Part shown: positions 30,335 through 40,766 of the stretch, piece after piece | Layout of the letters: each line of letters begins with the position of its first letter | How positions within the stretch are numbered: the stretch's first letter is position 1 | Assembly: GCA_018433775.1 (NCBI GenBank) | Contig: JAHDQN010000040.1 | Location: 20,587 to 84,586 of the forward strand | From: Deltaproteobacteria bacterium | GTDB lineage: Bacteria; Desulfobacterota; Desulfomonilia; UBA1062 | Length of the DNA stretch: 64,000 nucleotides | Direction: 5' to 3' | The notes under the pieces: generated by a model | Seen by the model: only the letters and a program-made list of their open reading frames with translations | Database searches by the model: none | Told to the model about the DNA's origin: nothing | Translations under genes and position numbers: made by a program

Positions 30335-32983
30335 CTATCCTTCAAAAAAGCACACCACCTTCTGCTGCACCACATTCGAGACGATTCGCACCTTTTTGTC
30401 GCGTACATCGAAGACCCGGACCACGTCCCGGTATCTTCTCTCCTCGGGCAGAACCTTTTCCAGGATATCGGTAAGACCGTCCTGCCACGATGAGTTGTAG
30501 TACACATCCTCTTTCCAGGGGAAAATGGCCACGAAGAAGATCCGGTTCTCCACGAGGTCCTGGAAAAAGTGCGTGCCGTAGGAGAGCTCGGGCATGAGGT
30601 TGCCCTCGATGGATGCGATCTCTCCCAGGACCGTCATATTGCAGATCTCGGAGAAGTGTACCGGCACACCCAGGGAGGGCGTGGTGGTCCCCCACCTGCC
30701 GGGCCCCAGGAGCATGGTGGACAGGTCGGTGCGTACGGGAGCCTGCCGGTTCAGGATTCCCACCACCCGGCCGATGTCGTACTTCCGCTGCAGCGGGAGA
30801 TCCATATAGGCACGGGGCTCCACAGAGATGATGCGGTCGATGGACTGCGAGATGCTGCCTCCCATGAAGTTGCCGTTCATGCGGAACAGGACGTTCCTGT
30901 CGTCCACCTGCCCGGGAAACTCCACGGGCCTCTCCTCGCCGATGGTCTGCAGCGGCCGGCACTGGACCAGATTTATCCGGAATTCGTCCGGGCCCGTGAA
31001 ATTGATCGTGAACTCGATGTCGACGGGATAATCGTAGCCTTTCTCCAAAACCTTCATCATGGATTGCATCAGGGAGGGGAAATCGGAGCTGGAGAGGAAG
31101 TCGTCAAAGGTGATGATCCATGCATCGTGATCCTCCCTGCCGTACTCCCTGAGCCTTTGGCTCGCCTCGTCGTCGAACACAGCGATGCTCTGGAGGGGCA
31201 TGTCGATGCGCTCGCGGGCGAGACCTGCAAACGCACGGGTCTGGAGCTCGTTGTCGTGGATGTTGATCACGTCCACGCTGTGCTGGGAGAAGGCGCGCAG
31301 TTCGTCCATTCCGGCAAAGGGCCGTTTCAGGGGGTCGTCCAGGGCCACCAGCCGGGGATAGTCCCCTTCCACCCGGTCCACGGCCCGAGTTCCCAGACCG
31401 AGCACCATCCTGAGCATGCCTGCCTTCGGGTCCATGCCCTCCTTCCAGACAAAGGTGTTGTAGGACACCCCCACCCCGCCGATATCCGGGAAGAAATACG
31501 GCCCGCGGTAGGAGCCGGACACCCGCTGGACCAGCAGGGCCATCTGCTCGTCCTGGGATTCCAGCCCCCGCTGCCTGCGGTAGATAAGGGCGCTCTCGTC
31601 CATGGTGCTGGCGAAAATCCGCTTCACCGCAGCTTCGAACCCGGCATAGCGCTCCTCGGGCGAGCCCTGGTTCGCGCAGAAGACGCTCTCATACTTGCCG
31701 GCAAAGGCGTTGCCGAAGGAGTCTTCCAGCAGCGAGCTGGAGCGCACGATGATGGGCGACTGTCCGAAGTACTCGATAATCTGGTAGAAGTGCTCCTTGA
31801 TGTCGTCCGGGAACACCCCCTCGCGCATCCTCTCTGCGAGCACCGGCGCCATGCTGAAAAACCCCTCGGGCGTCTTCTGCTCCATGCGCAGCTTCCAGCA
31901 GCCGTTGTTGACGAGATAGGAATAAAAGACGTCGGAGCCGATGTAGAACGAGTCGTGAGGCTCCAGACGGTTGTCCCAGTCCCTGCCCGTGTCCTCGGCC
32001 AGGAGCTTCCGGGAGAGCAGGAGCCCCACGGTCTTGCCGCCGATGAAGCCCGATCCGATGAGGCGCGCCTTGATGTCCAGAAGATCCTCCAGACTCAGGT
32101 GCTCCTTGACCAGGGCGGACATCCGCGGATCGCGGGTGATCATGAGGTCGCAGAGCAGAGAGACCATCCGCCGCCGCTCCTGCTCCCCGGCATTGGACGG
32201 GGTCAGGCCCTCGGCCTCCATGAAGAGCCTGTCCCAGTAATCCAGGTTCCTCCTCGAGCTCTCCGTGAACCGCGACATGTGCGTGAAGAGCTTCGAGGCG
32301 TCAACGCTGCTGGTCACGGGCATGAACCTGTCCCCCTTTTCCAGGTGGGGCAGGAACATGGTGGGAGAATAGCGTTTCCAGACCTTCAGCGGCTGGACAT
32401 AGAAATCGCTGTCACAGTTGTAGGCATCCAGCAGAACCTGGGTGGTCTCCCTGATCCGCGCCACGGTTGCATAGGAATGACGGTTTCTCACCAGGGCGAA
32501 GTAGGCGACGGTCTTGAGCTCGAAGAGGTAGGGACAGGTGATGAGAAAGAAGTTTCCGATCATCAGGTCCGTGGCCCATGCCGAGAGCAGATCGGAAAGG
32601 CTGTCGAACACATAGTACGTCCCTTCCCCCTCGCCGGTGATGATCGTGTGCACCTGGGTGGAGAACGTCTCGAACCCCTGGTTCGAATCCAGGCGATGGA
32701 TGGTGAGACCTTCCCGGGGCCGCACCAGGGGCTCGTGCCGGGCGAAACGCATGTAGACGACCCGGTTGCGGTCATCGAGCGCCCTGGCCACGAACCGCTC
32801 CGCGATGCCCTGATAATCGCGGATGTCGTCAACCTGCCAGACCACGTTGTCGCCCGGCCGCAGCCAGTCGATGACGGGATCGAGGCCTTCGAGACCTGTA
32901 CTGACGTGATCGATCGCCTTCATGGAATTATCCCGTAGCACATTTCGATTCACTATTGAAGCCTGTTCATAGTTTTTCAACAA
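30335..32983 (-). CDS. 882-aa protein with a central PPDK_N / PEP-synthase-like ATP-grasp nucleotide-binding domain, flanked by N- and C-terminal domains of unknown function
   Basis: The central domain shows GFIGGKTVGL and VRSSSLLEDSFGNAFAGKYES. The C-terminus has GPGRWGT. No confident function can be assigned. Confidence 0.5.
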   Translation of the reverse strand: MLKNYEQASIVNRNVLRDNSMKAIDHVSTGLEGLDPVIDWLRPGDNVVWQVDDIRDYQGIAERFVARALDDRNRVVYMRFARHEPLVRPREGLTIHRLDSNQGFETFSTQVHTIITGEGEGTYYVFDSLSDLLSAWATDLMIGNFFLITCPYLFELKTVAYFALVRNRHSYATVARIRETTQVLLDAYNCDSDFYVQPLKVWKRYSPTMFLPHLEKGDRFMPVTSSVDASKLFTHMSRFTESSRRNLDYWDRLFMEAEGLTPSNAGEQERRRMVSLLCDLMITRDPRMSALVKEHLSLEDLLDIKARLIGSGFIGGKTVGLLLSRKLLAEDTGRDWDNRLEPHDSFYIGSDVFYSYLVNNGCWKLRMEQKTPEGFFSMAPVLAERMREGVFPDDIKEHFYQIIEYFGQSPIIVRSSSLLEDSFGNAFAGKYESVFCANQGSPEERYAGFEAAVKRIFASTMDESALIYRRQRGLESQDEQMALLVQRVSGSYRGPYFFPDIGGVGVSYNTFVWKEGMDPKAGMLRMVLGLGTRAVDRVEGDYPRLVALDDPLKRPFAGMDELRAFSQHSVDVINIHDNELQTRAFAGLARERIDMPLQSIAVFDDEASQRLREYGREDHDAWIITFDDFLSSSDFPSLMQSMMKVLEKGYDYPVDIEFTINFTGPDEFRINLVQCRPLQTIGEERPVEFPGQVDDRNVLFRMNGNFMGGSISQSIDRIISVEPRAYMDLPLQRKYDIGRVVGILNRQAPVRTDLSTMLLGPGRWGTTTPSLGVPVHFSEICNMTVLGEIASIEGNLMPELSYGTHFFQDLVENRIFFVAIFPWKEDVYYNSSWQDGLTDILEKVLPEERRYRDVVRVFDVRDKKVRIVSNVVQQKVVCFFEG

Positions 32984-33085
32984 TATTTAGCCCATTTATA
33001 TTCTTTGAACAATATTGTACCATATACTTTTTGCCATTTGCAGAATTATACCTTATTTATCATAAAGTTATACCTTCCTGGGCAG

Positions 33086-33101
33086 CTGGCACCCCCCTTG
33101 C
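33086..33101 (+). promoter_or_regulatory. Sigma-54 (-24/-12) promoter upstream of amtB
   Basis: The sequence is TGGCAC-ccccc-TTGCT, about 48 nt upstream of the amtB ATG. Confidence 0.6.
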
Positions 33102-33148
33102 TCACCCTGAACAAGCATAAGCCTTGTGATGAAAGGAGACCCATTTTT

Positions 33149-34354
33149 ATGATTTCTTCAGGTGATACCGCTTGGATGCTTGTCGCAACCGCACTGGTCA
33201 TGCTCATGACGCCGGGGCTCTCCCTGTTCTACGGAGGCCTCGTGCGCTCGAAGAACGTTCTGGGCACCATGATGCAGAGCTTCATCTGCCTGGGGCTGGT
33301 TTCCGTCCTCTGGATAGCTTATGGTTACAGCCTGGCCTTCTGCGGCGATGCGGGTGGAGTCATCGGCACCTTCCGGTGGGTCGGCCTTAAGGGGGTGGGG
33401 ATCGATGCCGGGCCTTATTCCGACACCATACCCCATCTGCTCTTCGCGGCCTTCCAGCTCATGTTCGCCATCATCACCCCGGCTCTGATCACCGGCGCGT
33501 TTGCCGAACGAATGAAATTCTCCGTGTTTCTCCTCTTTGTCATCCTCTGGAGCACGTTCGTGTATCTTCCGGTGTGCCACTGGGTCTGGGGCGGAGGCTG
33601 GCTGGGCAGGCTGGGAGCGCTCGACTTTGCCGGCGGCACGGTCATCCACGTCAACTCCGGCACGGCCGCACTGATGGCGGTCCTCGTCATCGGGAGGCGC
33701 AAAGGCTACAAAACCCAGCCCATCTATCCCCACAACCTTCCGCTCACCGTGCTCGGCGCATCGCTTCTGTGGTTCGGATGGTTCGGGTTCAATGCGGGCA
33801 GCGCCCTGGCAGCAAACGGAACCGCCACCCTGGCGTTCTTTACCACACAGGTCGCCACTGGCACCGCGGCGCTCTCGTGGATCCTGGCCGAAAAGATCAT
33901 CCGGGGAAAACCCACCACCTTGGGAGCGGTGTCCGGGGCGGTTGCCGGCCTGGTAGCCATCACCCCGGCGGCAGGGTTCGTGGGACCTGTCTCGGCGATC
34001 ATCATCGGCTTCGTGGCGGGAATCCTCTGCTATCTGGCGGTACTGCTCAAGGAGCGGATCGGGTACGACGACTCTCTCGACGTGGTGGCTGTCCACGGCA
34101 TCGGAGGTCTCTGGGGGGCGCTCGCCACCGGTCTGTTCGCTTCGGTGGGGGCCAGCGGCCTGTTCTTTGGGAATGCCCATCAGTTCTTCGTCCAGATAAT
34201 CGGTGCAGGCAGCGCGATCATCTACTCGGGCATTGTCACCACGATCATCCTCCTGGTGCTGAAATACACCGTGGGCCTGCGGGTGAGCGAGGAAGAGGAG
34301 ATCCAGGGCCTGGATGTGAGCCAGCACAACGAATCCGGATACGCTATCCGCTGA
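33149..34354 (+). CDS. amtB: Ammonium transporter
   Basis: It is an Amt/MEP family protein with 11-12 transmembrane helices. The start was trimmed to MISSGDTAW, which has a GGAG site. Confidence 0.9.
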   Translation: MISSGDTAWMLVATALVMLMTPGLSLFYGGLVRSKNVLGTMMQSFICLGLVSVLWIAYGYSLAFCGDAGGVIGTFRWVGLKGVGIDAGPYSDTIPHLLFAAFQLMFAIITPALITGAFAERMKFSVFLLFVILWSTFVYLPVCHWVWGGGWLGRLGALDFAGGTVIHVNSGTAALMAVLVIGRRKGYKTQPIYPHNLPLTVLGASLLWFGWFGFNAGSALAANGTATLAFFTTQVATGTAALSWILAEKIIRGKPTTLGAVSGAVAGLVAITPAAGFVGPVSAIIIGFVAGILCYLAVLLKERIGYDDSLDVVAVHGIGGLWGALATGLFASVGASGLFFGNAHQFFVQIIGAGSAIIYSGIVTTIILLVLKYTVGLRVSEEEEIQGLDVSQHNESGYAIR

Positions 34355-34432
34355 TGTGTCCGGACAGTGATGATATCCGGGTCGTACCGGCAGGGGCAAC
34401 GGGATCACGAGCGATGCAACCAGACAGAATAG

Positions 34433-34789
<357 letters not shown>

Positions 34790-34816
34790 GGCCTCGCCGG
34801 CACAGATCGGAGAAAT

Positions 34817-37300
34817 ATGGACGAACCGATGGACAGCGCTGTGAGCGGCCCTGGTCTCGCCCGGGAACTCTCCTCCCGGGCGGACCGGCATATCCGCACC
34901 CTCTTTGACTCGTGCCGACCCCAGGCAATGAGCAGATGGAGCATCGTCGCACTGGGAGGATACGGGAGGCAGGAGATCTGTCCGTTTTCCGATCTCGACA
35001 TCCTCTTTCTCCTGGAGAAAAAGCCTGCGGCACAGGAGATCGAGAACACCCTGAAGGAAACGCTCTACCCCCTGTGGGATGCCGGATTCAACGCCAGCTA
35101 CAGCGTCAGGACCATACACGAGGTTCTCCTTGACGCCCGGTCGGATTTTTTCTTCCATACCTCGCTTCTCGACGCGCGCCACATCTGCGGCTCGGAGACG
35201 GCATACCGGAAGTGCATGCGTGTCCTCGCCTCAGACCGGTCTCTCAACGACGGCAGACAGTTCATCTCCCGGCTGTCGTTCCATACCCGGAAAAGACACG
35301 AGAAGTTCGGTGACGCCTCCTATTTCCTCGAGCCGCACATCAAAGACGGCAGGGGAGGATTGAGAGATCACCAGAGTATCGTCTGGATAGAAAAGGTCCT
35401 GAAGAACGGCCGCAGCGGATTCGCCCCGCTCATCATTCCCGCCGACCGCAGGGAGCTCGACGCCGCAGCGGAATTCATGCTGAAATCCCGGTTCATGCTC
35501 CACAGGCTCGCCGAGGGAAAAACAGACCGGCTGCACCTGGAATACCAGGAGGACCTCGCCGGGATATTGGGATATGGCCCGCGTTCGGGGGAGAGCCCGG
35601 TGGAGGTTTTCCTGCGGGAGTTTCACCTCAGGGCCGTAACCGTACGCACCGTGCTCGACACCATGCTGCGTTTTCTGGACCGGCCCCGGGGCATCCGGTC
35701 TTTCCTGAACAGGAAGAAATGCGATGGACGGTTCATCCTGTTCTCCGGCCTGTTGTCGTTTTTCCGCCCCGAGGAATTGAAAGACGACCCGCTCATCGTC
35801 ATGTCCGCCTTTGTGAAAATGGCGCGCGAGGGCCTTTCCCTGACGCCGGAGGCACGATCGCAGATTAAGAGCCTGAGCGAATACGACACCCCTCTGAAGG
35901 AGAGCGTCGAGGGGTGTTCGGACCTGCTGCACATCCTCCGGAGCCCGGGTGCGGAAAACACCCTGACCTCGATGCTCGAAACCGGTGTTCTGGAGCAGCT
36001 CGTCCCGGAATTCAGCGCAATACGCGGCAGGACCATCTTCGACGTTTACCATACCCATACCGTGGACCTGCACAGCATCCGCACCGTATGCGAGCTGAAC
36101 GGGCTGAAGGACGATGAACAGGGTGTCCTTGCGCGTGTCACCGATCTCGAGGTCCTGTACTTCAGCGCCTTTTTCCACGACATTGGCAAGGGTTATTCCA
36201 AGCCCCATACCGACTCCGGCGCGGAAATCGTCCGCGCCGTGGCCCCGCGGTTCGGGTTCGATCATGACCGGACCGAGCTTGCAGCCTTTCTCGTGAAAAA
36301 CCACCTGATCATGCCGGAGCTCGCTTACGGGCGCGATCTTTCCGAGGAAAAGGTGGTCAGCTCTCTTGCCCGGCTGGTCGCGACCCCCCGGAGGCTCTCC
36401 ATGCTGTACCTCCTGAGCGTGGCGGACTCGCGTGCAACCGGGCCCGAAGCCTGGAACGAATGGAAAGCCGCACTCCTCCGCGAGCTCTATACCCGGACGA
36501 TCAACATCCTTGAGAAAGGGCTGTTCAAAGATCCCGAAAACGCCATGCGCCTGGAGGAGAAATGGCATCGGCTCATCCGGGAGGCAGAGGGTAACGAAAA
36601 CATGTCGGGCCGGCTCTGGGCATTACCCCAGGCGTACATCCTGGCCGGGAATCTGAAAGACATCAAGCGTCACCTGGCCGTAAGCTCAACTCTCTCCGGA
36701 AGGGACGACCTGATCGTGGAGACAGACCGCCGCGCGGGCCATGTTCTCGTCACCTTCATCACCCGCGATCGTCCCGGTCTGTTCTCGCTGCTCGCAGGCC
36801 TTCTCGCCATCAACCGCCTCGAGATCATCTCCGCAAAGATATTTACCTGGTACGACGGTACCGTGATAGACACATTCATGGTAATCACGCCATGGCCCGA
36901 CTACCGGGGATTCAACTCCATGCACCATCAGTTCAGGGACGTTCTCTCCGGGAAGATCAGGCTGGAAGACCGGATCATGCGGATCAAGCCTCTGCGCACC
37001 ACCGGTGACCCCGGAACGGTTCCCTCCGAAGATGCCGCATCCGTTGCTATCGACAACGACACCTCCGACTTCTTCACCATCATCCATGTGCAGGCATGCC
37101 GCAGGGCCGGGCTCATTCACGATCTTTCCCGCGCCCTCAGCTCTCTCGATCTAGACATTCACCGGGCTTTCCTCACGCGCACGTCCGATCTCGTGACCGG
37201 TGTTTTCTACGTGGTGGACAAGGATGGGGAAAAACTATGGGGGGAAAAGGAACAAAACGAGGTTCTCCGGGCTATTCGCGAGGTGATCGGTACCGGTTGA
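34817..37300 (+). CDS. glnD: Bifunctional [protein-PII] uridylyltransferase/uridylyl-removing enzyme
   Basis: It has a nucleotidyltransferase domain (GGYGR.E..P.SDLD), an HD domain and two ACT domains. Confidence 0.9.
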   Translation: MDEPMDSAVSGPGLARELSSRADRHIRTLFDSCRPQAMSRWSIVALGGYGRQEICPFSDLDILFLLEKKPAAQEIENTLKETLYPLWDAGFNASYSVRTIHEVLLDARSDFFFHTSLLDARHICGSETAYRKCMRVLASDRSLNDGRQFISRLSFHTRKRHEKFGDASYFLEPHIKDGRGGLRDHQSIVWIEKVLKNGRSGFAPLIIPADRRELDAAAEFMLKSRFMLHRLAEGKTDRLHLEYQEDLAGILGYGPRSGESPVEVFLREFHLRAVTVRTVLDTMLRFLDRPRGIRSFLNRKKCDGRFILFSGLLSFFRPEELKDDPLIVMSAFVKMAREGLSLTPEARSQIKSLSEYDTPLKESVEGCSDLLHILRSPGAENTLTSMLETGVLEQLVPEFSAIRGRTIFDVYHTHTVDLHSIRTVCELNGLKDDEQGVLARVTDLEVLYFSAFFHDIGKGYSKPHTDSGAEIVRAVAPRFGFDHDRTELAAFLVKNHLIMPELAYGRDLSEEKVVSSLARLVATPRRLSMLYLLSVADSRATGPEAWNEWKAALLRELYTRTINILEKGLFKDPENAMRLEEKWHRLIREAEGNENMSGRLWALPQAYILAGNLKDIKRHLAVSSTLSGRDDLIVETDRRAGHVLVTFITRDRPGLFSLLAGLLAINRLEIISAKIFTWYDGTVIDTFMVITPWPDYRGFNSMHHQFRDVLSGKIRLEDRIMRIKPLRTTGDPGTVPSEDAASVAIDNDTSDFFTIIHVQACRRAGLIHDLSRALSSLDLDIHRAFLTRTSDLVTGVFYVVDKDGEKLWGEKEQNEVLRAIREVIGTG

Positions 37301-37394
37301 GTAATCGGAAGAGGATTCATCCCTTCACAGGGGAGGTAAAAACAGGGTATAGAGTGCGGGCGGTTTCTGCCGCCATACCAGGGGAGAAGGTGAC

Positions 37395-38174
37395 ATGCTG
37401 AGCAAGAGGATCATCGTATGCCTCGATGTGAGGGACGGGAAGACCACCAAGGGGGTCAGGTTCGAGGGCAACGTGGATATCGGCGACCCGGTGACCATGG
37501 CCAGGGAATACTACGAGCAGGGCGTGGACGAGCTCGTCTTCTACGACATCACGGCGTCGCACGAGAGGCGGGACATCATGATCGACGTGGTCGATCGCGT
37601 GGCCCGCGAGATCTTCATCCCCTTCTCCGTGGGCGGCGGCATCAGGAGCGTCGACGATATGTATCGGGCCCTTGACGCTGGGGCCGAGAAGATCAGCGTG
37701 AACTCGGCCGCGGTGCGCAGCCCGGACATCATCTCCCAGGGTGCCTGCCACTTCGGAAGCCAGTGCATCGTGCTCGGGATGGACGCCAGAAAGGTGCCGG
37801 CCTCACCCGCCATACCCTCGGGCTATGAGGTGGCGATCAACGGCGGCAGGACCTTCACGGGCATGGACGCCCTGCAGTGGGCCAGGAAGGCCCAGGACCT
37901 GGGTGCCGGAGAGATCTGCCTGAACTCCATCGACGCCGACGGCACCAACGACGGCTACGAGCTCGACCTCACCGGCATGATCTCGCGCAGCGTGGGCATT
38001 CCGGTCATCGCCTCGGGCGGGGCAGGCAGGCCGGAACATCTGCGCGACGTCTTCCTCCAGGCCGATGCCGATGCCGCGCTCATCGCCTCCATGGTCCACT
38101 TCGGCCGCTACACCATCCCGGGTATCAAGGCCTTTCTTAAAAACGCCCACATTCCGGTGCGCGACGTGGTCTGA
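37395..38174 (+). CDS. hisF: Imidazole glycerol phosphate synthase cyclase subunit HisF-like protein, with no other his genes adjacent
   Basis: The match is full-length to the HisF (beta/alpha)8 barrel. Confidence 0.8.
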   Translation: MLSKRIIVCLDVRDGKTTKGVRFEGNVDIGDPVTMAREYYEQGVDELVFYDITASHERRDIMIDVVDRVAREIFIPFSVGGGIRSVDDMYRALDAGAEKISVNSAAVRSPDIISQGACHFGSQCIVLGMDARKVPASPAIPSGYEVAINGGRTFTGMDALQWARKAQDLGAGEICLNSIDADGTNDGYELDLTGMISRSVGIPVIASGGAGRPEHLRDVFLQADADAALIASMVHFGRYTIPGIKAFLKNAHIPVRDVV

Positions 38175-38429
38175 GCCCGGCTCTTCCACCCAGGAGGCTC
38201 TATCCCGATCTCTCTGCCGGCTTATCGGCCCCGAGAGGTTTCATGACATGAACAGAGACCGGGGCTTCTCTTGCGGGATTTTCCCGGAATCCAGCCGCTG
38301 TCTGCTCTTCGGAACCGGCAACCGCCCCGGGCCGCGAAATGCTCCTCGAGCCGCTCAAACCGGGGCCCCGGGTGATGAAACAGCTCAGGTGATCGCATGC
38401 TCGGCGACTTCTGATGCACGAGCGCGAAA

Positions 38430-40079
38430 TCACTCGCCCGTTGTCCTGAACTTCTTCACGTCGCTTGAGAGTACCGAGGCATCCGCCCTGAGACTGTCAA
38501 GGGTGCAGGCAAGCTCTTCAACGGTGGTGGCGTTGTTCTGTGTGAATGAGTCTATCTGGCTGACGGCTATGGAGAGCTCCTTCATGTTCTGGCTCTGCTC
38601 CATGCTTGCCGTGGTAATCTCTTCCATCATCTTGAAAAAGAAATCGAAGCGCGACATGAGCTCTTCGAGGGACTCGGCCGTCTTTTTCATGAATTCGTCA
38701 CCGGTCTTGATACGGCCCACGGTTCCGTCGATGAGATTCCGGATCTCCCTGGCCGCATCGCCCGAGCGCTGGGCAAGGGCACGGACCTCACCTGCCACCA
38801 CCGCGAATCCTTTCCCGTGCTCGCCTGCCCGGGCGGCCTCCACCGATGCATTGAGGGCCAGGAGGTTTGTCTGGAAGGCCACTTCGTTGACCGTCACCAC
38901 GATATCCCCGATCTTCCGGGAATCCTGGGAAATTTCCCGGGTGGCATCCATCAGCCGGGAGAAGACCTCCCTGTTCTTGTCGATGAGCCCGGTGATGATC
39001 TGGGAGGTTTCCCTCCCCCCCTTCACCACCTGGGTGTTGTGCTGAATCGATCCGTTCATTTCTTCTATCGATGCGGATATCTCCTCAATGGACGCCGACT
39101 GTTCCTGAGTCGCCTGTGACAGGCCCTGTGAGCCCGAGCTCACCTGCTCGATGGAGCCATGGAGTTGTAAAGAGATGTGCCTCACATGCCGTATGATCTC
39201 TTCCAGGTCGTTCATGAACTCGTTGAACCAGTGGGCAAGCTGGCCCACCTCATCGATGCCCCTCACCTCCAGCCGTCTTGTGAGATCGCCCTTGCCTCCC
39301 GCCATGTCCTTGAGCATGCGGGACATGCCGCCAACGGAGGCGGTGATCCCCTTCATGAGAAGATATCCGTTGAGGAAGGTCATGATGACGGTCTGGAGGA
39401 CTATGAGAGGAAAGCTCATCTGGATAGTGGAAAGCGGCATGCCGGCGAATATGGAGAGATAGATGGTGCCGATCAGATCGCCGATTGGAGGGATTGCGAT
39501 GAGAAGAATGATGGCGAAGAGCTTCTGGTTGAGGCTGATTCTCAGATAACCCGTGCCATCTGCGAGGATTCCCTTCCTGCTGCACTCCCGGTAAAAGGGG
39601 GCGAGGCTGTTCTCGGCCACCAGGTAATAGAGCGCCATTCCTGACAATCCGGTCATACCCAGGATATTGCCCCCGAATATGAGCAAATCGAACGGCAGGT
39701 AATCTTTCATGTAAAGGGGCATCACCACGGACAGCCATGCAATCCCGGCCCACCTGATGAATATCAGGACAGCCTCTGCAAAGGGGAGGATCGAAGCACA
39801 GCGCAGGGCATACCTCGCCTCCCGCTCGTCAAGTCCTCCGTCCTCCATCACCCTGACGGCAGGACTCACCAGATGATATTTGACCGCCGCTCCGATAGCC
39901 ACCGAGATCACGGTCTGCAGGAATACCAGGGTGATGCCTTCGAGAAAATGTTCCCTGAACCCTTGAGATATGGGAAGAAAAAACATGATGACCGTCGGCA
40001 CCAGCACGAGATACGTGATTCCCTCCTGGAGCAGGAACGGGCGCAGGGAAAAGACCTTTGTGTACTCCTTCATGAGCAA
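38430..40079 (-). CDS. Methyl-accepting chemotaxis protein with a polytopic membrane-embedded N-terminal region
   Basis: HAMP and MCP signalling domains are present. The N-terminus has at least six hydrophobic helices. Confidence 0.8.
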   Translation of the reverse strand: MLMKEYTKVFSLRPFLLQEGITYLVLVPTVIMFFLPISQGFREHFLEGITLVFLQTVISVAIGAAVKYHLVSPAVRVMEDGGLDEREARYALRCASILPFAEAVLIFIRWAGIAWLSVVMPLYMKDYLPFDLLIFGGNILGMTGLSGMALYYLVAENSLAPFYRECSRKGILADGTGYLRISLNQKLFAIILLIAIPPIGDLIGTIYLSIFAGMPLSTIQMSFPLIVLQTVIMTFLNGYLLMKGITASVGGMSRMLKDMAGGKGDLTRRLEVRGIDEVGQLAHWFNEFMNDLEEIIRHVRHISLQLHGSIEQVSSGSQGLSQATQEQSASIEEISASIEEMNGSIQHNTQVVKGGRETSQIITGLIDKNREVFSRLMDATREISQDSRKIGDIVVTVNEVAFQTNLLALNASVEAARAGEHGKGFAVVAGEVRALAQRSGDAAREIRNLIDGTVGRIKTGDEFMKKTAESLEELMSRFDFFFKMMEEITTASMEQSQNMKELSIAVSQIDSFTQNNATTVEELACTLDSLRADASVLSSDVKKFRTTGE

Positions 40080-40766
40080 CCTTCCTTTCCCGATAAAAGG
40101 CTTTTATGTCATATTGTATGTTTATATTATTCATTCATTCTTCCTGGGTATATCGGCGACACAGTGCTGTAAATTTAATCGCATACCTGCCGGCATTGCA
40201 AAGGTTTACGACCGGTAACTTTTAGGGAGTAAGAAAAGAAGGAACCCTGCCCTGGAAGACAGGAAAAGAAACCGGATGTTCGGAAAAGCCGACTCCTTAA
40301 AAACCACCAAACCGAAAGATTCACAAGAATGAACACCATCCGCCCTCAACGGGAAATCAGTGCACGGGGAGGTTCGTGTATGTATGATTTCTTATAGAGA
40401 TATGAATTCTGTATCTCGCGATCTCAGGTTGAGATAGCCAGTTGATATATGCAATGTAGGCTAAGCCTTGTTATCCTCACACGATATATGAACTCTTCAA
40501 AAGACCTGTTTAATGGGAAAGGCTCTCTGCGGTGCCAGGAGAAATGATTGGGACTAATAGTGTAGTTGTAAAATCACCGACGATCCAAGTTTACCTATCC
40601 TCTGTTCGAGCTATACTGATCATTCACTTTTTTTAGGCAAGGGGCGTAATAATTATATTGATGATGGCTACCGATACTATCGGCAGATGACGCTTCGGCG
40701 TGTCACGATTCATTCCAGGCGTTAATTGCCTGGGTAAAGGCAACGTCCAGAGGAGGAGTAGCGATC

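Noticed and set aside
40200-40700. tRNA or rRNA genes in the long non-coding leader
   Set aside because: I see no cloverleaf-compatible sequence with a GTTC..GAAC T-arm and acceptor pairing. I leave it as an unannotated leader.
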